DNA of 64,000 nt from Candidatus Latescibacterota bacterium (GTDB lineage: Bacteria > Latescibacterota > UBA2968 > UBA8231): the NCBI GenBank assembly GCA_965206595.1, contig OZ242214.1:2592001-2656000 (forward strand), in the 5' to 3' direction. Under the pieces are notes generated by a model, which had not been told where the DNA came from, made no database searches, and saw only the letters and a list, made by a program, of their open reading frames with translations. Of this stretch, positions 9,911 through 21,246 are shown one piece after another (position 1 is the stretch's first letter; every line of letters starts with the position of its first letter). The translations under genes were made by a program, and so were the position numbers.

Positions 9911-11068
9911 ATGCGCAAGGTCTGTCTTTTTGCGGGGCTCGTCTTCGCCGCATCGGCGGCGAACGGGGCCGACTGCGTCGATACCTACGACCCGGCGAAG
10001 GACTATTTCCCCCACAAGACCGGGCTGCAGTACGCCGAGAGTTTTGCGATCGAGTACTTCGGCAATTACAAGGTGGTCACCGTGCACACCCCCTGGCCCG
10101 GCGCCGAGGAAGCGGTCCGCTACTTGCTGGTCCAGTGCGGCACCCCCGTCCCCGAGGGGTACGACGGCCTCCAGCCCATCACCGTGCCGGTACGCCGTCT
10201 CGCGGCCCTGTCCACGACCCAGTTGCCCCACCTCGAGTTGCTCGACGCCCTCGACAACCTGGTCGCGGTCAGTGACATCGCGATGGTGAATTCCCCCGGG
10301 GTCATCCGGCGCTTCGAGGCCGGGGGGATCGCCGAAATCGGCTACGGTCCCGGGGTCAATCTCGAGCTGGTGCTGGAGCTGGAGACCGGCGTGGTGATGA
10401 CCGCGGCGTCCGCCCAGTCCCAGCACAACGCCCACCCGGTCCTGCGGCAGGCCGGCGTCGCCGTGGCCATCAACGCCGAGTACACCGAGCCCTCGCTTCT
10501 CGGCCGCACCGAATGGCTCAAGTTCACCGCGGCGTTTCTCAACGCCGAGGCCCCGGCGCAGAAACGGTTCGCGGAGATCGCCGCCCGGTTCCATCACTAC
10601 GCCGCCCTGGTGCGGGACGTGCCGGCGGACCGGCGCCCCACGGTGTTCGGCGGCTCCCTCTGGCGCGACACCTGGCACGTCGCCGGGGGCAAAAGCTACC
10701 CGGCGCAATTGGTCGCCGCGGCCGGCGGCGCCTACCTGTGGGCGGACGACGATTCCAGGGGAAGCCTGCCCCTCGACTTCGAAGCAGTTTACGAAAAGGC
10801 CCACGCCGCCGACGTCTGGCTGACCATGCGCAACGAATGGCATTCGCTGGCCGGGGTGGAGGCCGCGGACGAGCGCTACACGGCGTTCGCCGCGTTCAAC
10901 AGCGGCCGCGTCTACAACGCCAACGCCCGGCTCAACGCGCACGGCGGCAACGACTACTGGGAAAGCGGCCTCGTCGAGCCCCATATCGTGCTGGCCGACC
11001 TCGTCAAGATCCTCCATCCCCGCCGCCTGCCGGAACACGCCCTCAAGTTCCATAAAAAATTGGACTGA
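9911..11068 (+). CDS. ABC substrate-binding protein (cobalamin/Fe-siderophore class)
   Basis: Signal MRKVCLFAG after GGAGG (alternative ATG 9860); EPSLLGRTEWLK, DYWESGLVEPHIVLADL. Confidence 0.88.
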   Translation: MRKVCLFAGLVFAASAANGADCVDTYDPAKDYFPHKTGLQYAESFAIEYFGNYKVVTVHTPWPGAEEAVRYLLVQCGTPVPEGYDGLQPITVPVRRLAALSTTQLPHLELLDALDNLVAVSDIAMVNSPGVIRRFEAGGIAEIGYGPGVNLELVLELETGVVMTAASAQSQHNAHPVLRQAGVAVAINAEYTEPSLLGRTEWLKFTAAFLNAEAPAQKRFAEIAARFHHYAALVRDVPADRRPTVFGGSLWRDTWHVAGGKSYPAQLVAAAGGAYLWADDDSRGSLPLDFEAVYEKAHAADVWLTMRNEWHSLAGVEAADERYTAFAAFNSGRVYNANARLNAHGGNDYWESGLVEPHIVLADLVKILHPRRLPEHALKFHKKLD

Positions 11069-11074
11069 GACGCA

Positions 11075-12163
11075 GTGCCCTCCTCTTCCCCTGCCGCGGC
11101 ACACAGCCCCCCATGCCCCCGGCCGGGGCCGCGCTGGGGGCTGTTCCCGGGGATGGCCGCGGCCATGGCGGGCTTCTTCGCGCTCAGCCTCGGGGTGGGC
11201 TCGGTCTCCATCCCCCTGGACTCGGTGATCGCCATCCTCTGGGACGGGGCCGGACAGAAACCGAGCTGGACCCACATCATCCACTCGATCCGCCTGCCGC
11301 GCGCCCTCACCGCGATGCTCGCCGGTGCCGCCCTGAGCGCCAGCGGCCTGCAGATGCAGACCCTGTTCCGCAATCCCCTCGCCGACCCCTTCATCCTCGG
11401 CATCAGCGCCGGGGCCAGCCTGGGGGTCGCCCTGGTCGTCCTGGGAACGGGGGTCACCGGAGCCGGGCTGCTGGCCGGGCTGGGGCTTCTCGGACAGGCA
11501 GGGGTGGTCGCCGCGGCGGTGGCCGGCGCCGCCCTGGTCCTGGGCCTGGTGCTTCTGGTCGGGAGGCGCGTGCAGCACGCCATGACCCTGCTCATCCTCG
11601 GCCTGATGTTCGGCTACCTCACCGGCGCCCTGGTCAGCGTGCTGCTCTACTTCAGCATCCCCGAGCAGGTGCAGACCTACGTCCTGTGGACCTTCGGCAG
11701 CTTCGGCGCCGTCACCTGGGGACAGCTCGCCGTCCTGGCGCCGGTGGTTCTCGCCGGCCTGGGGATCGCCGGCCTGCTGGTCAAGCCGCTCAACGCCCTG
11801 CTCCTCGGGGAGACCTACGCCCGCAGCATGGGCCTGGGGGCGGGGCGGGCGCGGCTGTGGATCATCGCCAGCGCCGCGCTGCTGGCCGGCGCCGTCACCG
11901 CCTACTGCGGCCCCATCGGATTCCTGGGGGTCGCGGTGCCGCATCTGTGCCGGGCCCTCTTCAACACCTCCGATCACCGCGTGCTGCTGCCGGCGTGCCT
12001 GCTTTCGGGGAGCATCCTGGCCCTGGCCGCGGACCTGGTTGCCCGCCTTCCCGGAAGCCAGGCTACCCTGCCGCTCAACGCGGTCACCGCCCTGATCGGG
12101 GCGCCCGTGGTCACCTGGATCATCCTGCGCCGCCGCAGCCTGCGGCAGGCCTTCGCCGGGTGA
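11075..12163 (+). CDS. FecCD/BtuC-family ABC permease
   Basis: IRLPRALTA, QTLFRNPLADPFILGISAGASLG, GPIGFLG. Confidence 0.93.
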   Translation: MPSSSPAAAHSPPCPRPGPRWGLFPGMAAAMAGFFALSLGVGSVSIPLDSVIAILWDGAGQKPSWTHIIHSIRLPRALTAMLAGAALSASGLQMQTLFRNPLADPFILGISAGASLGVALVVLGTGVTGAGLLAGLGLLGQAGVVAAAVAGAALVLGLVLLVGRRVQHAMTLLILGLMFGYLTGALVSVLLYFSIPEQVQTYVLWTFGSFGAVTWGQLAVLAPVVLAGLGIAGLLVKPLNALLLGETYARSMGLGAGRARLWIIASAALLAGAVTAYCGPIGFLGVAVPHLCRALFNTSDHRVLLPACLLSGSILALAADLVARLPGSQATLPLNAVTALIGAPVVTWIILRRRSLRQAFAG

Positions 12164-12168
12164 CCGCC

Positions 12169-13218
12169 ATGAGCGCCCCCATCCTGCAGGCACGCGGCCT
12201 GTGCATCGGGTACGCGCCGAGGGGGCGCCCCCGCCTCGAAGTGGCCGCACACCTGGAAGTCGAGCTATTCACCGGGGAGCTGGTCTGCCTGCTGGGGCCG
12301 AACGGCGCCGGCAAATCCACCCTCGTGCGCACCCTGGCCGGCCTGCAGATGCCGCTGGGAGGCGAGGTGCTCCTCCGGGGCGGCGACCTGCACGCCCTCA
12401 CCGAGAGCGAAAGGGCGCGGCTGCTCGGCCTCGTCCTGACCGAGCGGGTCGATGCTGGAAACCTGTCGGCCCATGCTCTCGCGGGGCTGGGCCGCTACCC
12501 GTACACCGGCTGGGACGGCCGCCTTTCCCCTGCCGACGAGGAGGTGGTGCGCTGGGCCCTGGCCGCGGTCGGGGCCGGGGACCTCGCCGCCCGCAGCGTC
12601 GGCGAGTTGAGCGACGGCGAGCGGCAGAAGGTGATGATCGCCCGCGCCCTGGCCCAGGAGCCGGCCGTGCTCCTCCTCGACGAGCCCACGGCCTTTCTCG
12701 ACCTGCCGCGGCGGGTCGAAATCGTGCAGCTGCTGCGGCGCCTGGCCGGCGACGGCGACCGCGCCGTGCTGCTTTCAACCCACGACCTCGACCTCGCCCT
12801 GCGCTGCGCCGACCGCCTCTGGCTGCTGCCGCCCGGCGGCCCCCTGCAGACCGGGGCGCCGGAGGACCTGGTGCTGAGCGGGGCCTTCCAGCGGACCTTT
12901 GCCGGCGTCGAGTTCAACCCTGCCACCGGTTCCTTCCAGCTGGAGCAGGAGCCGGAGGGGGAGGTCGGCCTCCAGGGAGAAGGGCTCGATGCCCTGTGGA
13001 CGGCGCGCGCCCTGGAACGGGCCGGCTTCCGCGTCGACGGCTCGGGAAATGCCGAGGTTCGCGTCGAGATCGTCCACCAGGACGGGGGCACGGCCTGGCG
13101 GCTCCTGACCGCGTCGGGCCCGCGCCTCTGCACCACCCTGTACGAGATGGTCGGCTGCGTCAGACATCGCCTCGTTCAAAGCAGCAAGCCCCCTCGCGAG
13201 AGGAGTGAAAATCCGTGA
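12169..13218 (+). CDS. BtuD/FepC-like ABC ATPase
   Basis: Real start MSAPIL inside track ORF 11113; GPNGAGKST, LSDGERQ, LLLDEPT. Confidence 0.92.
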   Translation: MSAPILQARGLCIGYAPRGRPRLEVAAHLEVELFTGELVCLLGPNGAGKSTLVRTLAGLQMPLGGEVLLRGGDLHALTESERARLLGLVLTERVDAGNLSAHALAGLGRYPYTGWDGRLSPADEEVVRWALAAVGAGDLAARSVGELSDGERQKVMIARALAQEPAVLLLDEPTAFLDLPRRVEIVQLLRRLAGDGDRAVLLSTHDLDLALRCADRLWLLPPGGPLQTGAPEDLVLSGAFQRTFAGVEFNPATGSFQLEQEPEGEVGLQGEGLDALWTARALERAGFRVDGSGNAEVRVEIVHQDGGTAWRLLTASGPRLCTTLYEMVGCVRHRLVQSSKPPRERSENP

Positions 13219-14141
13219 ACCGCGTCGTCTCCCTGCTGCCCGGCAGCACCGAAATCATCTGCGCCCTCGGCGGCAAGGAGCGCCTGGTCGGACGTTCCCA
13301 CGAGTGCGACTACCCCCCCGGGGTCGGCGACCTGCCGGCCTGCACGGCCCCCAAGTTCGACCCGGACGGCACCTCGTACCAGATCGACCAGCGGGTCAAG
13401 GCCATATTGCAGGAGGCGGTCTCCGTGTACCGGGTGGACGCCGGCCTGCTCGACGATCTGGAACCGGATCTGCTGGTGACACAGTCGCAGTGCGAGGTCT
13501 GCGCCGTCAGCCTCGAGGAGGTCGAGAAGGCGGCCTGTCAGCTGGTGCGCTCGCGGCCGGCCATTCTGTCCCTGGAGCCCCACCGCCTCGCCGATGTCTG
13601 GGGCGATGTCGAGCGGGTGGCCGCGGCGCTCGAAGTGAAGGACAGGGGCCGCGCCCTGGTGGCGGAATTGCGGGACCGTCTCCAAACGATCGCTGCCCGC
13701 ACCCGCGGTATCGGCGACTGCCCGCGTGTCGCCTGCATCGAGTGGTTCGAGCCGCTGATGGCCGCGGGCAACTGGATGCCCGAGCTGGTGGAGATCGCCG
13801 GGGGCCGGAACCTCTTCGCCCCCGCCGGAGGGCATTCCCCCTGGCTGTCGTGGGAGGCACTCGAAGATGCCAAGCCGGATTTTATCGTGCTGATGCCCTG
13901 CGGCTTCGACATTCCCCGCTCCCGGGACGAGCTGCCGGCACTGACCCGGCAGCCGGCCTGGTCGCGGTTGCAGGCCGTGCAGGAGGGGCGGGTATTCCTC
14001 ACGGACGGCAACCAGTTCTTCAACCGCCCTGGCCCGCGCCTGGTCGAGTCGGCCGGGATCCTCGCCGAGATCATGCATCCCCGGGATTTCGAGAGCACCC
14101 AGGAGGGATCGGGATGGGAGCGGTGGGAGGGCAGCATATGA
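13215..14141 (+). CDS. Cobalamin-binding protein, BtuF-like (no signal peptide)
   Basis: RVVSLLPGSTEI, GRSHECDYP, QCEVCAV, FNRPGPRLVES. Confidence 0.85.
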   Translation: MNRVVSLLPGSTEIICALGGKERLVGRSHECDYPPGVGDLPACTAPKFDPDGTSYQIDQRVKAILQEAVSVYRVDAGLLDDLEPDLLVTQSQCEVCAVSLEEVEKAACQLVRSRPAILSLEPHRLADVWGDVERVAAALEVKDRGRALVAELRDRLQTIAARTRGIGDCPRVACIEWFEPLMAAGNWMPELVEIAGGRNLFAPAGGHSPWLSWEALEDAKPDFIVLMPCGFDIPRSRDELPALTRQPAWSRLQAVQEGRVFLTDGNQFFNRPGPRLVESAGILAEIMHPRDFESTQEGSGWERWEGSI

Positions 14142-14205
14142 TCGGGCACCGGATTCGCAGGACCGCCATTCCCGCGGCCCCGGGCTGCGGGGGTGCGCCT
14201 TGAGA

Positions 14206-15327
14206 ATGGACGAAACCCTCGCCGCGGAACGGGGGTATGCCGTCCGCCGCCGCGGCCGCTTCCTGATCGTCGAGCTGCTGCAGCCGCACCGGGTGCTGTG
14301 CACCTCGGCGTACGGCGGCGGCCAGCGCGAGGACCTGGGCTACCTGGTCAACCATCAGAGCTGCGAAGGCGGCGGCCACCAGGAGCGCTTCCTGCGCCTC
14401 AGGGAGCTCGGCGAAGCCGGGTACCACCGCGCGACTTGCGCCGAGCTGGGGCTGGACCCCGAAGCGGTGGCGCTGATGGGGACCGCGGCCAACATGAACT
14501 GCGCCGCCCTGGCGAGCGAAGAGTCCTCCGGCGTGAAAGTGCAGGCGGTGGTGACCGCGGGCGTCGAAGGGAATGCCGGACGCGCCGGCGATCCGGCCCG
14601 CTGGCACGAAGGGGAGCAGGGCTGGAGCGAGGTCGATCCCCACACCGGCACCATCAACGCGCTGCTGATGATCGACTGGCCGCTCACCCCGGCGGCCCTT
14701 GCCCGCGCCGCCATCACCCTCACCGAGGCGAAGTCCGCGGCCCTGCAGGAGCTGGCCGTCTCCAGCCGCTTCTCCCCGGACCTGGCGACCGGCACCGGCA
14801 CGGACCAGTACTGCATCGCCGCCCCGCTCGACGACCGGAAACCCAAGACCAACACCGGCCACCACGCCCGGCTCGGCGAGCTGATCGGCCGCGCCGTGCG
14901 CCGGGCCACCAGGGAGGCCCTGCGCTGGCAGAACGGCCTGGAGCCCTCCCACACCCGCAGCATCGCCTACGCCTTGCGCCGCTTCGGCCTCGACGAAACA
15001 GGCCTCCTGGCGGCGTTGAAGGACCGGCTCGACGAGGAGGCCTTCCTCCTGCTGGAGGAGAACCGCGAGGCTGTTCTGCGCGAACCGCAGGCCGTCGCCG
15101 CTGCCTATGCCATCGCCGCGGTCTGGGACCGGGTGCGCTACGGCGTGCTTCCGGCCGACCAGGCGTTCCCGGTGCTGCGCCAGCAGGCGGCGACCCTGGC
15201 TTCGTGTCTGGCCGCCCGCCCGGAATCCTGGCCGACCTGCTGGCAGCAGCTGACGGTCGATGCCGGCGAGCCGCTGCAGGTGGTGGCTGACGCCGTTGCC
15301 CTGGGTTGGCGGCTCAAATGGGCCTAG
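14206..15327 (+). CDS. cbiZ: Adenosylcobinamide amidohydrolase
   Basis: LMGTAANM, TAGVEGNA, GTIN, TEAKSAALQEL, ATGTGTD. Confidence 0.88.
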   Translation: MDETLAAERGYAVRRRGRFLIVELLQPHRVLCTSAYGGGQREDLGYLVNHQSCEGGGHQERFLRLRELGEAGYHRATCAELGLDPEAVALMGTAANMNCAALASEESSGVKVQAVVTAGVEGNAGRAGDPARWHEGEQGWSEVDPHTGTINALLMIDWPLTPAALARAAITLTEAKSAALQELAVSSRFSPDLATGTGTDQYCIAAPLDDRKPKTNTGHHARLGELIGRAVRRATREALRWQNGLEPSHTRSIAYALRRFGLDETGLLAALKDRLDEEAFLLLEENREAVLREPQAVAAAYAIAAVWDRVRYGVLPADQAFPVLRQQAATLASCLAARPESWPTCWQQLTVDAGEPLQVVADAVALGWRLKWA

Positions 15328-15525
15328 TGCCCGCGCGCGCAATTCCGCGTGAATGCGGCCGCCGTTGCATCTTGAGGGGGAACATCGCGGTTCAATCTCA
15401 ATCCCCACTCACGCGTTGGCTGCGCTTGCCGTACACCACGGTACGACTCGCTCAGGCGCCTTGCGGGCCGGGCGCATCGGGTCGAGACTGGCGGTTGACG
15501 CCCATGTGTCCGGTTGACCGCTGAA

Positions 15526-16503
15526 ATGAGCCTGGACCTTCTGAAGCCGGACCCGCTGCTTCTGCTGGGCGCCGTGGCCCTGGACGGGCTCATCGGCGAT
15601 CCGGTGTACCCCCTGCACCCGGTCCGGCTGACCGGGGCAGCGCTGGGACGGATCGAGGCTGCGCTGCGCCGCCTGGAGCTGGACGGACGCATCGGGGGCT
15701 GCCTGCTCTTCGCCGCTCTGAGCTGCCTCTGCGTGGGACTGGTCAGCGTTGCGGCCTGGGGGCTCGGGAGGCTGTCGTCCCCCCTGGTCGCATCGGTGTT
15801 CCACCTGTTCATGCTCTACAGCCTGCTCGCCCTGCGCGACCTGTTCAGGCACGGACTGGCCATCGACCGCGCCGCCAGCGCCGGCGACCTGGTTGCGGCG
15901 CGGCGGGCAACGGCCATGCTGGTTGCCCGCGATACGGCGCCGATGGACGCCGCAGCCTGCCGCCGGGCGGGGATGGAAAGCCTCGCCGAAAACGCCGTGG
16001 ACGGCTTCGTCTCGCCGCTTTTCTGGTACGCCCTGCTGGGGCTTCCCGGGGTCGCCCTCTTCAAGGTGATCAGCACCATGGACTCGATGGTCGGTAACAG
16101 GACCCCGCGCTATCTCCGCTTCGGCTGGTGCGGGGCCCGCCTGGACGACCTGTTCAACTATGTGCCCGCCCGCCTGACCTGGGGGGTGATGATCCTGGTC
16201 GCCTGGCTGTTGCCGGGCTGCTCGGCCCGCAAGGCCCTGGCCGTGGGCTGGCGCCAGCACAGGCTCGTTCCCGGCCCAAATTCCGGCTGGAGCGAGGCCG
16301 CTGCCGCCGGGGCCTTGCAATGCCGTCTGGCCGGACCGATCTGGCAGGGGGGGAAGCGGGTAACCGATCTCTGGCTGGGTTGCCCCGGGGATCCCGAGGG
16401 GGGACGCCGCGGCGACCTGGCCCGAACCTGCACCTTCATCGCCGCGACCTGCCTGACCTTCGCCGGCGCGGCGGGTCTGGGGCTGTGGGCGTTCCACCCG
16501 TAA
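15526..16503 (+). CDS. cbiB: Adenosylcobinamide-phosphate synthase
   Basis: [54 protein letters not shown]. Confidence 0.93.
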   Translation: MSLDLLKPDPLLLLGAVALDGLIGDPVYPLHPVRLTGAALGRIEAALRRLELDGRIGGCLLFAALSCLCVGLVSVAAWGLGRLSSPLVASVFHLFMLYSLLALRDLFRHGLAIDRAASAGDLVAARRATAMLVARDTAPMDAAACRRAGMESLAENAVDGFVSPLFWYALLGLPGVALFKVISTMDSMVGNRTPRYLRFGWCGARLDDLFNYVPARLTWGVMILVAWLLPGCSARKALAVGWRQHRLVPGPNSGWSEAAAAGALQCRLAGPIWQGGKRVTDLWLGCPGDPEGGRRGDLARTCTFIAATCLTFAGAAGLGLWAFHP

Positions 16504-16645
16504 ACCGGAAGGTGCCTGCAGAAACCCCGCAGCAGGCTCACCCCGGACGTTCGCATGCCTGTTCCACCGTTTCGCCGCACATACCGGATATCTACATTCC
16601 CGATCTGCATACATCGACCGAGGAGGCAGCCGTCGAAGCGCGACC

Positions 16646-17344
16646 TTGGAGCCGGCACTGATTCGCATCGAAGGGGTGGAGAAGACCTACGACATGGGGG
16701 CGGTGGAAGTGCATGCCCTGCGCGGCGTGTCGCTGACCCTCGAGCGCAACGAGTACGTCGCCATTATGGGCCCCTCCGGCTCGGGCAAGTCGACCCTGAT
16801 GAACATCATCGGCTGCCTCGACGTGCCCACCGCCGGCACTTACGAGCTGAACGGGCAGCGCGTCAGCGAGATGGAGGACGACGAGCTCGCCCGCGTCCGC
16901 AACCGGGAGATCGGCTTCGTCTTCCAGGCCTTCAACCTGCTTCCCCGGGCCGACGCCCTGCGCAACGTCGAGTTGCCCCTGGTCTACGCCGGGCTCGGGC
17001 AGCGCGCCCGGCGCGAGCGGGCAGAGGAGGCGCTCGGATCCGTGGGGCTGGAAGACCGCATGCACCACCGGCCCAACGAGCTGTCCGGCGGCCAGAAACA
17101 GCGGGTCGCCATCGCCCGCGCCCTGGCCAACGAGCCCTCGATCATTCTCGCCGACGAGCCTACCGGCGCCCTCGACACCCGCACGGGGGCCGAGATCATG
17201 TCCCTGTTTCAAGGCCTCCACGGCAACGGCCACACCGTCGTCGTCGTCACCCACGAGGAGCACATCGCCGCGTACAGCCGCCGCGTCGTCCGCTTCCGCG
17301 ACGGCCTCGTCGAGAGCGACTGCGCCGCGGCGGCGGGCGCATGA
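16646..17344 (+). CDS. MacB/LolD-type ABC ATPase
   Basis: [36 protein letters not shown]. Confidence 0.93.
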   Translation: MEPALIRIEGVEKTYDMGAVEVHALRGVSLTLERNEYVAIMGPSGSGKSTLMNIIGCLDVPTAGTYELNGQRVSEMEDDELARVRNREIGFVFQAFNLLPRADALRNVELPLVYAGLGQRARRERAEEALGSVGLEDRMHHRPNELSGGQKQRVAIARALANEPSIILADEPTGALDTRTGAEIMSLFQGLHGNGHTVVVVTHEEHIAAYSRRVVRFRDGLVESDCAAAAGA

Positions 17345-18591
17345 AACTGCTCCCGCGGGGGCGGGGAAAGCTGGCCGCCGCGGGAGCAGTCGCAGTCGCC
17401 GCTGCCACGGGCGGCATGCTCGCCCTTTCCGGCTCGGGCACAGGTAAGGGGGAAGCCGTCGAGACCTTCGTCGTCGACAGGGGGGAGTTCCGTGTCTCCC
17501 ACTTCGAGGCGGGGGAAATCCGCGCCCGCAAGGACGAGAAGGTCCTCGCCCCGGAGGTGCGCGGGAGGTTGAAGATCACCTACCTCTGGCCCGAAGGAGA
17601 GAAGGTGGAGATCGGCGACCTCATTCTCGCCTTCGACCGCAGCGAGCTCGATGCCGAGGTCAAGGACGAGGCCGGAGAGCTGGAGAAAGCCCTGGCCGAC
17701 CGGCGAAAGGGACTTGCCAACCAAAAGCAGAACCTCGCCGGGATGGCCCTGGAGGTAGAAAAAGTCGACGCCGCACTGGAGCTGGCGCGCATCAACCTGC
17801 AGCGCAGCGAGTACGCCTCCCCCATCGTTCGCGAGGAGCGGATAATCGAGCTCGCCAAGGCGGAACGGGCGATCGCCGAAGCGCGCGAGAACCTCGACGC
17901 CCGCAGAATCGTCAACCGCGTCGAGCGCGCCAACCTCGACCTGCGCGTCTCCCACCACGAGAAGCGCTACGACAAGGCGAGGAAGGATTTCGACCGGCTC
18001 ACCGTGTACGCCAGGCGTCCGGGCATCGTCGTCTACGAGACCATCCGCAAGAGGGGGACCGACCGCAGCGGCAAGGTGACCGAGGGGGACGTCGTCTGGG
18101 GCGGGACGTCCCTGCTGAGCCTTCCCGACCTCAGGGCGATGCAGGTGGTTTCACAGATCGGCGAGATGGACGTCACCAGGGTGAAGCCGGGACATAAGGC
18201 GCTCATCCGGCTCGAGGCGTTCCCCGGCCCGGTCTTTCACGGGGAGGTGGCGGCGGTGGCGCCGATGGCCGGGGAGGTCGAGGACGCCCCCAACGTGCAC
18301 GTCTTCGAGATGGTCGTCGTTATCGAAGAGCAGGACGACCGCCTCTATCCAGGGATGTCGGCTGCGGTCGAGATCCTCCTGCATTCGATTCCCGGCGCGG
18401 TGCGCGTTCCGCTTTCGGCGATCCGCCAGGAGGACGGGCGCGCTTTCGTCTGGCGCTCCGAAGCAGGCGGGTTCACACCGGTCGAGGTGGCCATCGGCCC
18501 GCACAGCGGCACCGAGATCGTTGTCGAGTCCGGCCTGCAAGCGGGTGACGTTGTCGCCCTCGACGCCTCCTCGGTACCTTTGCCGCCATGA
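17341..18591 (+). CDS. Periplasmic adaptor (MacA/HlyD-like) 1
   Basis: Real start ATG 17341; TM anchor, lipoyl-like EGEKVEIGD, coiled coil, LYPGMSA. Confidence 0.85.
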   Translation: MKLLPRGRGKLAAAGAVAVAAATGGMLALSGSGTGKGEAVETFVVDRGEFRVSHFEAGEIRARKDEKVLAPEVRGRLKITYLWPEGEKVEIGDLILAFDRSELDAEVKDEAGELEKALADRRKGLANQKQNLAGMALEVEKVDAALELARINLQRSEYASPIVREERIIELAKAERAIAEARENLDARRIVNRVERANLDLRVSHHEKRYDKARKDFDRLTVYARRPGIVVYETIRKRGTDRSGKVTEGDVVWGGTSLLSLPDLRAMQVVSQIGEMDVTRVKPGHKALIRLEAFPGPVFHGEVAAVAPMAGEVEDAPNVHVFEMVVVIEEQDDRLYPGMSAAVEILLHSIPGAVRVPLSAIRQEDGRAFVWRSEAGGFTPVEVAIGPHSGTEIVVESGLQAGDVVALDASSVPLPP

Positions 18592-19976
18592 CCTACTCCG
18601 GCCACCAACCCGGGCGCGCGTCCTCGCGGCGCCGGCGCGGACTCATCGGTGCCGCGGCCATCGCCCTGACCGCGGGCCTGGTCGCCGGTTTCCGGGTGTT
18701 GATGCCGGAAAAATCCGCGCAGGTGGCCTCGTTCCCCGTCGGGCAGGGGGAGTTCCGCATCACCCTGGCGCTCTCCCAAGGCGAGCTCGAAGCGGTGAAC
18801 GCCGAGCAGATCAACGCCCCGCAGGTGCGCGGCCAGCTCAAGATCACCAAGCTGTTCCCCGAGGGGGAAACCGTCGAGATCGGGGATCTCGTCATCGAGT
18901 TCGACAAGGCGGAATTCGTCAAGAGAGTGACCGAGGCGAGCCAGGCGCTGGAGGCGAGCAGAGCGGAGCTCGAGAAGACGATCGCCAACCAGAAGGTCGA
19001 GATCGGGCGCCAGCAGTCGGACATCCTCAACAAGGAGGCGGAGTTCAGACTGACGCAGCTCAAGCTGAAGAAGATGGAATTCGAGTCCCTGATCGACAAA
19101 GAGGAGACCCGGCTCAAGGTCAGGCAGTCCGAGCTCGCCCTCGAGCAGGCGCGCAGGAAATTCGAAGCCCAGCGGATCGTCGACCAAGCCGAGAAAAGGA
19201 AGCAGGAGCTCGACGTCGCCCAGAAGGAACGCGGCCTCGAAAAGGCTGAAAAGGACCTCGGGAGCCTGTCGGTCCTTGCCGACAAGCCGGGGCTCGTGGT
19301 GTACGAGAAGATCTGGAAGGGATCCCGCCCCGAGAAAATCCGCGTCGGCGACGAGCCCTGGGGTGGGGCCACCCTGGTGACGCTTCCGGATCTGACGGCG
19401 ATGCAGGTGAAGACCTGGGTCAACGAAGTCGACGTCGACAAGCTCGAGGTCGGCCAGCAGGCGGCCATCGAGCTCGACGCCCTGCCCGGTCCGACCTTCA
19501 GCGGCTCGATCACCAGCATTGCTTCCCTGGGCCACGAGAAGGAGGGAGACAAGAACGTCAAGGTCTTCGACGTCGTCATCGGCATGGACGGGGAGGACGA
19601 GCGTTTGAAGCCGGGGATGTCAGCCTCCTCGGTGGTGGTGATCGAGACGGTCCCGGAACCGGCCCGGGAGGTGGACTCCCTCGAGGTCAGCCCGCCTCCC
19701 GGGGCGGAGAAGGGGGACGCTGCCCTGCCCCTCTACATCCCGCTCGACGCCGTGTTCCAGAAGGGAGGGGAAACCCTCGTCTACCGGGTGCGGGGCGGAG
19801 ACACCGAGGAGCGCAAGGTCGTTCTGGGGAAGCGCAACGACGACTACGTCATCATCGAGGAGGGCCTGGCTCCCGGGGACCGCGTCGCCCTGCGCGACCC
19901 GACCCTGGTGCTCGAGCACCTCGGCGGCATGCCCGGGGAGGCGGCAGACCCCACCTCGGCCTTGAACGCGGAATAG
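18588..19976 (+). CDS. Periplasmic adaptor (MacA/HlyD-like) 2
   Basis: Paralogue of the previous gene; EGETVEIGD, LKPGMSA, GLAPGDRV. Confidence 0.85.
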   Translation: MTYSGHQPGRASSRRRRGLIGAAAIALTAGLVAGFRVLMPEKSAQVASFPVGQGEFRITLALSQGELEAVNAEQINAPQVRGQLKITKLFPEGETVEIGDLVIEFDKAEFVKRVTEASQALEASRAELEKTIANQKVEIGRQQSDILNKEAEFRLTQLKLKKMEFESLIDKEETRLKVRQSELALEQARRKFEAQRIVDQAEKRKQELDVAQKERGLEKAEKDLGSLSVLADKPGLVVYEKIWKGSRPEKIRVGDEPWGGATLVTLPDLTAMQVKTWVNEVDVDKLEVGQQAAIELDALPGPTFSGSITSIASLGHEKEGDKNVKVFDVVIGMDGEDERLKPGMSASSVVVIETVPEPAREVDSLEVSPPPGAEKGDAALPLYIPLDAVFQKGGETLVYRVRGGDTEERKVVLGKRNDDYVIIEEGLAPGDRVALRDPTLVLEHLGGMPGEAADPTSALNAE

Positions 19977-19992
19977 GCGGCCTCGGGACCCG

Positions 19993-21246
19993 ATGGAGCT
20001 GCGGGAAACCATAGGGCTGTCCGTAGCCGGACTCGCCGCCCACAAGCTGCGCACCTGCCTGACCATGCTGGGGATCATCTTCGGCGTCGCCGCGGTCATC
20101 TCCATGCTGTCGATCGGCGAGGGCGCCAGGCAGGAGGCCCTCAGCCAGATCCGGCAGATGGGGATCGACAACATCATCGTCCAGCACTGGAACCCCGAAA
20201 GCGACGGGGAAGGGGAAGAGGGGGAAGCCCGGGGAGGACAGAACCTCTCCCGGGGTCTGAGCCGCCAGGACGGGGAAGCGCTCGCCGAGATCTGCCCGCT
20301 TGCGGAGATCGTCGCGCCCCTCAGGGAAATCAAGGTAAAAGCCCGGGCAGGCGGCACTTCGTTCCAGACCATGCTGGTCGGGACCACTCCCGAGTACATC
20401 GACGTCCTCGACGCGCGCCTGGGCCAGGGCGTCTATCTCGGCGACGAGGACCTGGAGCAGGCCCGGAGGGTCTGCGTCCTCGGCAGCGACGCCAAGCGCG
20501 CCTTGTTCTTTTTCGAGGACCCTCTCGGCAGGCAGGTCAAGCTGCACGATCAGTGGTTCACCGTGGTCGGGGTACTCGAGGACAAAGGGGCGGCCAGCGG
20601 CAAGGTCGGGGGCGTGCTCGAGGTGAGAAACACCGACGAGGACATCTACGTGCCGCTGACCACCTTGCTCAAGCGGTTCAAGTGGGAGGCCGACGAAGCC
20701 GAGCTCACCCAGATCACGATCAAGGTGCCCGGGTCGGAAAAGCTGCAGGAAGCGGCCAACATCGTCCGCTCGATCCTGCGCCGGCGGCACCGGGGAGTCG
20801 ACGACTTCAAGATCGCCATCCCCGAGGAGCTGCTGCGCCACAGCCAGAGCACGCAGCGGATTTTCAACATCGTCATGGGCTGCATCGCCGGCATCTCCCT
20901 GGTCGTCGGCGGCATCGGCATCATGAACATCATGCTCGCCTCCGTGCTCGAGCGGACGCGGGAGATCGGCATCCGCCGCGCCCTGGGAGCCCGCCGCAGG
21001 GACGTGATGGCCCAGTTTCTCGTCGAGGCGGTCGCCGTCAGCCTGATCGGCGGCTTGCTCGGCGTGCTTCTGGGGTATTCCCTCACCAAGCTCATCACCC
21101 TGTACGCACATTGGAAGACCATCGTTTATTTCTGGACCATCGCCCTCTCCTTCGGGGTCGCGGCCGGGGTCGGAATCACCTTCGGATACTACCCGGCGCG
21201 CCAGGCGGCGCTGCTCAACCCGATAGACGCCCTGCGCTATGAGTGA
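19993..21246 (+). CDS. MacB/FtsX-family ABC permease
   Basis: LTMLGIIFGVAAVI, GGIGIMNIMLASVLERTREIGIRRALGA. Confidence 0.93.
   Translation: MELRETIGLSVAGLAAHKLRTCLTMLGIIFGVAAVISMLSIGEGARQEALSQIRQMGIDNIIVQHWNPESDGEGEEGEARGGQNLSRGLSRQDGEALAEICPLAEIVAPLREIKVKARAGGTSFQTMLVGTTPEYIDVLDARLGQGVYLGDEDLEQARRVCVLGSDAKRALFFFEDPLGRQVKLHDQWFTVVGVLEDKGAASGKVGGVLEVRNTDEDIYVPLTTLLKRFKWEADEAELTQITIKVPGSEKLQEAANIVRSILRRRHRGVDDFKIAIPEELLRHSQSTQRIFNIVMGCIAGISLVVGGIGIMNIMLASVLERTREIGIRRALGARRRDVMAQFLVEAVAVSLIGGLLGVLLGYSLTKLITLYAHWKTIVYFWTIALSFGVAAGVGITFGYYPARQAALLNPIDALRYE

Noticed and set aside
11113-18591. Apparent long fusion ORFs 11113-13218 and 16555-18591
   Set aside because: The N-terminal parts are off-frame overlaps; real starts are at 12169 and 17341
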